NCBI GenBank assembly: GCA_965225945.1 | Contig: CBDDBZ010000011.1 | Span: 1 to 33,462 of the forward strand | Length of the DNA stretch: 33,462 nt | Direction: 5' to 3' | From: Alphaproteobacteria bacterium | GTDB lineage: Bacteria; Pseudomonadota; Alphaproteobacteria; GCA-2731375 | Shown: positions 27,987 to 33,462 of the stretch, piece by piece | How positions within the stretch are numbered: the stretch's first letter is position 1 | Layout of the letters: each line of letters opens with the position of its first letter | Program-made: the position numbers and the translations under genes | Notes under the pieces: model-generated | Seen by the model: only the letters and a program-made list of their open reading frames with translations | What the model was told of the DNA's origin: nothing | Databases searched by the model: none

Positions 27987-28823
27987 ATGGAATTCGGTAT
28001 CCATCTGCCGCAGAGCGGCCGCAAGGCGGGCCCCGACGCGATCCGCCGCGCCGCCCGTCAGGCCGACGAGCTGGGCTGGGACGACGTCTGGGTGAACGAT
28101 CATCTGGCGGTGCCGGAGGGCGCAGCCTATCCGCCGAGCGCGGTGTTCTTCGAGCCGATCGTCACGCTGACCTGGGCGGCGGCGGCGGCGCAGAGGGTCC
28201 GGCTCGGCACCTCGGTGCTGGTGCTGCCGCTCCGCCATCCGGTGCATCTGGCGAAGGAGGTGGCGACGCTCGACCTGTTGAGCGAGGGCCGGGTGATCCT
28301 CGGTGCCGGCGTCGGTTGGCTCCGCGAAGAATTCGAGGCCCTCGGCGTGCCGCCGGCGGAGCGGGGGCGGCGGAGCGACGAATCGATAGAGCTGCTGCGC
28401 CGCTGCTGGCGCGAGCCGGCGATCGATCACGACGGCCGCTGGGTGGCGAGCACCATGCGCCGCATCCGCACCCTGCCGCAGCCCGCCCGCGACATACCGA
28501 TCTGGATCGGCGGCACCTCGGAGCCGGCGGTGGCCCGCGCGATCCGCACGGGCGACGGCTGGCATTGCGTCCGCCTCTCGCCCGAGGAGATGGCCCCCCT
28601 CGTCGCCCGCATCCGCGCTTCACGCCCGGAGCCGGAGTTCACCATTTCGCTCCGCATGATGTGGGACGCGCTGGAGGACGACAATGACGACATTCGCCGC
28701 CAAATCGAGGCCCAGGCCGCCCTCGGCGTCCAGCACATGGCCTTCGAGCCGCGCCAGCGCGGCATCGAGGATTGGCTGCGCGCGGTCGAGGCGATGTGGC
28801 GCCTGGTCGAGCCCCTGCGCTGA
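27987..28823 (+). CDS. Luciferase-like monooxygenase (LLM) class flavin/F420-dependent oxidoreductase
   Basis: MEFGIHLP, DDVWVNDH, RLGTSVLVLPLRHPV.LAK..ATLD.LS.GR..LG.GVGW..EEF, PIWIGG, GDGW. Confidence 0.92.
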   Translation: MEFGIHLPQSGRKAGPDAIRRAARQADELGWDDVWVNDHLAVPEGAAYPPSAVFFEPIVTLTWAAAAAQRVRLGTSVLVLPLRHPVHLAKEVATLDLLSEGRVILGAGVGWLREEFEALGVPPAERGRRSDESIELLRRCWREPAIDHDGRWVASTMRRIRTLPQPARDIPIWIGGTSEPAVARAIRTGDGWHCVRLSPEEMAPLVARIRASRPEPEFTISLRMMWDALEDDNDDIRRQIEAQAALGVQHMAFEPRQRGIEDWLRAVEAMWRLVEPLR

Positions 28824-28904
28824 ACCCTCGGGCTGCGAATCATTCGCCCGGCGCGGGCCGAGGCGGTATAGTGGCGGGGTCGGCAAAACGGACGAGGCCC
28901 CGCC

Positions 28905-29816
28905 ATGAAGCCCGAGAAGATTCTCTCCCACGCCCCCCGCCTGTTGCGCCAGGAGCAGCGCGAAGCCTATTTCGAGAATGGCTATTTGCTGCTGGAATCC
29001 TTCATCCAGGGCGAGCTTCTGGCGCGCCTCCAGGCGACGGTGGCCGAGTTCGTCGAAAAGTCTCGGGCGGTCGGGGCCTCCGACGAGATGTTCGACGTCG
29101 AGCCCGGACACAGCTCCGAGACGCCGAGGCTGCGCCGCCTGAACGGGCCGGTGGAGCAACATCCCCTGTTCTGGGAATACGCCTCAAACGGCCCGATCGT
29201 CGATCTGGCCGAGGACCTGCTGGGCCCCGACGTGGTCTTCCACCACTCGAAGCTCAACTTCAAGTGGTCGGACGGCGGCGAGGAGGTGAAGTGGCATCAG
29301 GACATCCCCTTCTATCCGCACACCAACTATTCGGTGCTGGCGATCGGCCTCTATCTGAACGACGTCGACGACGAGATGGGGCCGATGGGGATTGTGCCGG
29401 GCAGCCACAAGGGCGAGATCTTCAACCATTACAACGCCAAGGACCAATGGGTCGGCGCGCTCGACGATAGCGACGTCGCCCGCCTGCCGACCGGGACGGC
29501 GCATTGGCTGCAGGGCCCGGCGGGCTCCGTCACGGTGCACCACTGCCGGGCGGTGCACGGCTCGGTGCCGAACCGCTCGGCCCGCGGCCGGCCGTTGCTG
29601 ATTAACGCTTATACCTCGGCCGACGCGCTGATGGTCACGGCGCATCCGCTGCCGGGACCCAAGGTCGGGACCGTGGTGCGCGGCAAGCCGGCGCGCTGGG
29701 TCGACTTCGACGACACCCCCTGCCTGCTGCCGCCCGACTGGTCCGCTGGCTATAGCTCGATCTTCGCGCTGCAGCAGGAGGAAGCGGGAGCGATCTCCCC
29801 CGCGGCGGCGAGCTGA
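28905..29816 (+). CDS. Phytanoyl-CoA dioxygenase (PhyH) family Fe(II)/2-oxoglutarate dioxygenase
   Basis: SKLNFK, facial triad WHQD...HGS, PGSHKG, PNRS...R. Confidence 0.92.
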   Translation: MKPEKILSHAPRLLRQEQREAYFENGYLLLESFIQGELLARLQATVAEFVEKSRAVGASDEMFDVEPGHSSETPRLRRLNGPVEQHPLFWEYASNGPIVDLAEDLLGPDVVFHHSKLNFKWSDGGEEVKWHQDIPFYPHTNYSVLAIGLYLNDVDDEMGPMGIVPGSHKGEIFNHYNAKDQWVGALDDSDVARLPTGTAHWLQGPAGSVTVHHCRAVHGSVPNRSARGRPLLINAYTSADALMVTAHPLPGPKVGTVVRGKPARWVDFDDTPCLLPPDWSAGYSSIFALQQEEAGAISPAAAS

Positions 29817-29824
29817 GGGGCGCG

Positions 29825-30928
29825 GTGAAGTTCCGGGCCGCGGTTCTGCGCGAGGTCGGCGGCCCGCTTCGAATCGAAGCTGTCGAGCTCGGCGAACTGC
29901 AACCCCGCGACGTGCTGGTCGAGGTCCGTGCCACCGGCCTCTGCCACACCGACCTCGAATGCATTCAGGGCTCGCTGGTCTATCCGCTGCCCCTCATCAC
30001 CGGGCACGAGGGCGCGGGCGTGGTGGCGGCGGTGGGCTCGGCCGTCAGCGCCGTGGCGCCGGGCGAGCATGTTGTGCTGTCGTGGAACCCCCATTGCGGC
30101 CATTGCTTCTACTGCGAGAGGGACCAGCCGATCCTCTGCGAGCCGCTCCGCGCCAACCAGCCGCAAGGCCATCTGATCGACGGCGGCACCCGGCTCAGCC
30201 TCGAGGGCGCGGCCGTGCATCACTTCATCATGACCAGCTGCCACGGCGAATTTTGCGTGGTGCCCGAATCCGGCGCGATTCCCGTGCCGCGCGAGATCCC
30301 CTTCGATTCCGCCTGCCTGATCGGCTGTGGCGTGATGACGGGGGTCGGCGCCGCGCTCAACGTCGCCCGGATCTCCGTCGGCGAGAGCGCGGTGGTGATC
30401 GGCTGCGGCGGGGTCGGCCTCAATGCGGTGCAGGGCGCCAGGCTCGCCCGGGCAGCGCCCATCGTCGCCGTCGACATCGCCCCCGTGAAGCTGGAACAGG
30501 CCCGCGCCTTTGGTGCAACCCATGTGATCGATGCCCGCGAGGGCGACGCGGTGGCCGAAATCAAGGCCTTGACGCGCGGCCGGGGCGCCGACGTTGTGCT
30601 CGAGGCGGGTGGCAACGAGGCCTGCTTCCGCCTCGCCTTCGAGGCCGCCAGGCCCGGCGGCCAGATCGTCATCCTCGGCAAGATCAACGTCGAGGAACAG
30701 GTCTCGTTCCGCTGGGGCTCGATGATGGGCGAGAAGCGGATGGTCCGCTCCAGCTACGGCAACACGCGGCCGCGCGAGGATTTTCCCCTGTTGGCCCGGC
30801 TCTACCTCGAGGGCGAGCTGATGCTGGACGAGCTGATCAGCGAGCGCATCGCCCTCGCCGACATCAACAAGGGCTTCGAGCGCCTGCAAGCCGGCGAGGT
30901 CATCCGCTCCGTCGTGGTCATGGATTAG
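29825..30928 (+). CDS. Zn-dependent alcohol/aldehyde dehydrogenase (class III-like MDR)
   Basis: GLCHTD, GHEGAG, structural Zn C.HC.YC......C, CGVMTGVGA, GCGGVG, IRSVV. Confidence 0.93.
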   Translation: MKFRAAVLREVGGPLRIEAVELGELQPRDVLVEVRATGLCHTDLECIQGSLVYPLPLITGHEGAGVVAAVGSAVSAVAPGEHVVLSWNPHCGHCFYCERDQPILCEPLRANQPQGHLIDGGTRLSLEGAAVHHFIMTSCHGEFCVVPESGAIPVPREIPFDSACLIGCGVMTGVGAALNVARISVGESAVVIGCGGVGLNAVQGARLARAAPIVAVDIAPVKLEQARAFGATHVIDAREGDAVAEIKALTRGRGADVVLEAGGNEACFRLAFEAARPGGQIVILGKINVEEQVSFRWGSMMGEKRMVRSSYGNTRPREDFPLLARLYLEGELMLDELISERIALADINKGFERLQAGEVIRSVVVMD

Positions 30929-30941
30929 AGGGAGGCAACCG

Positions 30942-31844
30942 ATGGCAAGCCACGCGACCGGCGATGGAGGCATTCCGCCGAGAGATGCGGGGAAACGCGG
31001 ATTGACGCGGATCATGACCCTTGGCGGCGCCTACGGCACCCGCAATCACACGGTGAAAGGCCTGCGAGACCTAAAGGGCAAACGCGTGCTCGTCGAAACC
31101 TTGCCCTTCTCCCCCGAAGAAGCCGCCGCGGCCGAGGAAGCCGGCGTCGACACGATGAAAGTGCGTTTCGATCCCGCCCATCCCGAGCTGGCGGCGGCGG
31201 TGCGACAGGCCGCGCCGAATACCTTCATGGCGTTTTCGGTGGCCCTCGTGGCCGCCGCGAGCGAGGTCGAGGCCGTGCGTCTCGGTTATGACGCCATGGC
31301 AATCGGGGCGGACGCGATCATGTGTCAGTGGAGCCCTCGATTCGTCGCGGCGGCGGCCGAGGCGGGTATTCCGGTACAGGGGCACGCGGGCCTGGTGCCG
31401 AGAAAGAGCACCTGGACAGGGGGATTGAGCGCCGTCGGCAAGACCCTCGACGAGGCGATGTGGGTCTACGGCGAGATCAAGGCGCTGGAGAATGCCGGCG
31501 CCTACGCGGTCGAGGTCGAGGTCATTCCCGAACAGCTCCTGATCGAGATCTCCAAGCGCACGACGCTGTTGACCTCGTCCATCGGCGCGGGCAGCGGCGG
31601 CGACATTCAGTTCTTGTTCGCGGACGACATTCTCGCCAACAACGCGCCGCCCTACCCGCGGCACTCGAAGCAGTATCGAAATCTCTACAAGATGAAGCAA
31701 GAGATGCAGGCGGAGCGCGTGGCCGGCTTCAAGGAGTTCGTCGACGACGTCCGAGAAGGCCGCTTCCCCGGACCGGAACACGTCATCAAAGCCTCGCAAG
31801 ATGTGATCGGCGCCTTCGTGGACGCGGTGGACACCGGCGGGTGA
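30942..31844 (+). CDS. Divergent PanB-like (ketopantoate hydroxymethyltransferase superfamily) protein
   Basis: GIPVQGHAGLVP, LENAGAYAVEVEVIP, SIGAGSGGDIQFL, P.HSKQY, FVDDVREGRFP. The canonical LVGDS and V.DMPF motifs are absent. Alternative start TTG at 31002. Confidence 0.8.
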   Translation: MASHATGDGGIPPRDAGKRGLTRIMTLGGAYGTRNHTVKGLRDLKGKRVLVETLPFSPEEAAAAEEAGVDTMKVRFDPAHPELAAAVRQAAPNTFMAFSVALVAAASEVEAVRLGYDAMAIGADAIMCQWSPRFVAAAAEAGIPVQGHAGLVPRKSTWTGGLSAVGKTLDEAMWVYGEIKALENAGAYAVEVEVIPEQLLIEISKRTTLLTSSIGAGSGGDIQFLFADDILANNAPPYPRHSKQYRNLYKMKQEMQAERVAGFKEFVDDVREGRFPGPEHVIKASQDVIGAFVDAVDTGG

Positions 31845-31948
31845 GACGGCCTCCGGATCACCGATTCCAGGGGTTCCAAGGCGCTCCCCGACGCCATTTG
31901 GTGACGGAGATCACAGAACTGCCGGCGACGATGCTTTATGTTCTGGTC

Positions 31949-33171
31949 CATGGTACACGACGGCATTTACGTAGGACGTTGAAAAGGTTGTAGGATTCCC
32001 GATTCACTCCACGACGAGTCAAGAGGGAAATCATGCGAGACAACCCGATCAACGCCCTGCGTGAGACGCTACGATGCGGCTTCGCCTTTCGCAAGAGCCG
32101 TCTGGAGAGCCTTTGCGTCTTGGTCTTCGGCGTGTTCGTCGCCCGGACGGTGAACCTCTCTCACTTGGCCTGCCACTTTCCGGGGCGCGCGCGATCCAGC
32201 TCCAACTATCGGCGCCTGCAACGGTTTTTCGAGCAAGTCGATTTCGATTACGATCGCCTCGCCGAGTTCCTGGTCGCGATGATGGGGCTCCAGGCGGGGC
32301 CGTGGCGGCTGACCATGGACCGGACCAACTGGCGGCTGGGTCGCCGCGACGTCAACATCTTGATGATCGGCATCGTCAACCGCGCCATCGCCATTCCCGT
32401 GTGCTGGCGGGTGCTCGACAAGGCGGGCAATTCCAATACCAAGGAGCGGATCGCGATCCTCGAACACGTCCTCCGGCTCTTCGGGGTCGACAAGATCGCC
32501 AGCCTCCTGGCCGACCGGGAATTCATCGGCGACGCCTGGCTGGCATGGTTGCAGGAAAAGGCCATCCCCTTTCACATCCGCATCCGATCCAACATCAAGA
32601 TCGCCAACACCCGTGGTCGCATGGTCAAGGCGAGGGAGCTGTTTCGCGACCTCAAACCCGGGGAAAGCCGCATCCTCTCCAACGCCAGGCGCCTCTCGGA
32701 GGCCAGAAAACCCAAGGCCAGGCCCGTCTTCGTCGCCGCGCTCCATCTCAAGACCGGCGAACTGTTGATCGTCGTGACCAACGACGCGCCCGAGGAGGCC
32801 TTGGCCATCTACGCCCAGCGCTGGCAAATCGAGACCCTCTTCGCCGCCTTGAAAACCCGTGGCTTCAACCTCGAAGACACCCACATGACCGACCCGGAGC
32901 GCATCTCCAAGCTCACCGCCGTCCTTTCCATCACCTTCTGCTGGGCGCACAAAGTCGGCGATTGGCTCCACGAGGCCGAGCCGATCCGCCTCAAAACCCA
33001 CAAAAGGATGGCAAAATCCATCTTCCGATACGGTTTCGAGTGGATAAGGCGACAGCTCGTCAATCCTATCGACAGGCGTCAAGCCATTGAGCTGATTCGT
33101 TTCCTCGTCCCCGGAAAACCACCAGTCCAGGTGCCCAGGCCAAAGCCAGCATGAACGAGTCGTGTACTGTG
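31949..33171 (+). mobile_element. IS4-family insertion sequence, copy 2 (1223 bp)
   Basis: Same IRs as copy 1. Has its own 9-bp TSD GTTCTGGTC (31940-31948, 33172-33180). Confidence 0.94.
32033..33154 (+). CDS. IS4-family DDE transposase (intact)
   Basis: D (MDRT), D (ADREF) and Y..RWQIE..F...K are all intact. Confidence 0.94.
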   Translation: MRDNPINALRETLRCGFAFRKSRLESLCVLVFGVFVARTVNLSHLACHFPGRARSSSNYRRLQRFFEQVDFDYDRLAEFLVAMMGLQAGPWRLTMDRTNWRLGRRDVNILMIGIVNRAIAIPVCWRVLDKAGNSNTKERIAILEHVLRLFGVDKIASLLADREFIGDAWLAWLQEKAIPFHIRIRSNIKIANTRGRMVKARELFRDLKPGESRILSNARRLSEARKPKARPVFVAALHLKTGELLIVVTNDAPEEALAIYAQRWQIETLFAALKTRGFNLEDTHMTDPERISKLTAVLSITFCWAHKVGDWLHEAEPIRLKTHKRMAKSIFRYGFEWIRRQLVNPIDRRQAIELIRFLVPGKPPVQVPRPKPA

Positions 33172-33208
33172 GTTCTGGTCATCAATTCCCGCAAGGAAGA
33201 GAAACTCG

Positions 33209-33462
33209 ATGCGCGTGAAGACTCTATTCTTGCCGGCTGGCGCGTTGGCGGCGCTCTTGGTGGTATCGCCACCGATCCAGGCCCAGCAGTCTAGTCGAAT
33301 CGATCGACTGCTCGAGGACATCATCAACGACGTGGTCGACACGACACTCGATGCCGCGAGGGAGGAGGTCCGACGCAGCACCGGCATCGATCCCATGAAG
33401 CGCGGCCATGGCAGGCAACGTTGGTCCGGCCCGCTGCCATCCGGTGCCTCCGACGAGGATCG
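33209..33462 (+). CDS. Hypothetical secreted protein, 5' part (runs off the window)
   Basis: AAGGAAGAG upstream. MRVKTLFLPAGALAALLVVSPPIQA-QQSSRIDRLLEDIINDVV... is open to the window end, with a Sec-type signal peptide. Confidence 0.7.
   Translation, partial: MRVKTLFLPAGALAALLVVSPPIQAQQSSRIDRLLEDIINDVVDTTLDAAREEVRRSTGIDPMKRGHGRQRWSGPLPSGASDED

Noticed and set aside
20294-33171. Composite transposon bounded by the two inverted IS4 copies
   Set aside because: Each copy has its own distinct 9-bp TSD (GTGATTTAG vs GTTCTGGTC) and the outer flanks do not match, so these are independent insertions.

Overview
High-GC alphaproteobacterial chromosome segment (gene order suggests a Rhodospirillales-like lineage; inference). 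It has three parts. (1) 0.5-16.7 kb is housekeeping: aspS, rnd, ppx, ppk1, DUF2147, SDR, hdaA, AI-2E transporter, CDP-alcohol phosphatidyltransferase, DUF2066, purM, purN, ndk and an ABC-F ATPase. purM appears to start at a non-canonical ATC codon. (2) 16.8-26.2 kb is a dense mobile-element hotspot. A REP-associated (RAYT-type) HUH/Y1 transposase is split by a 755-bp non-autonomous IS1595-type cassette (43-bp perfect IRs, 8-bp TSD) carrying a passenger ORF. Next come an IS110 with a long structured 3' non-coding region, a 140-bp multi-branched palindrome, IS4, a heme-degrading monooxygenase and higA. The higB toxin gene has had its middle replaced by a REPIN-like palindrome, which was then hit by IS1595. 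IS5, two more REPIN-like units, an IS110 fragment and IS630 follow. (3) 26.2-33.5 kb is a catabolic cluster (acyl-CoA ligase, crotonase remnant, LLM oxidoreductase, PhyH dioxygenase, Zn-ADH, atypical PanB-like protein), then a second IS4 copy and the start of a secreted protein. No rRNA, tRNA or CRISPR array was seen. Family assignments come from motif recognition by eye, not database searches.
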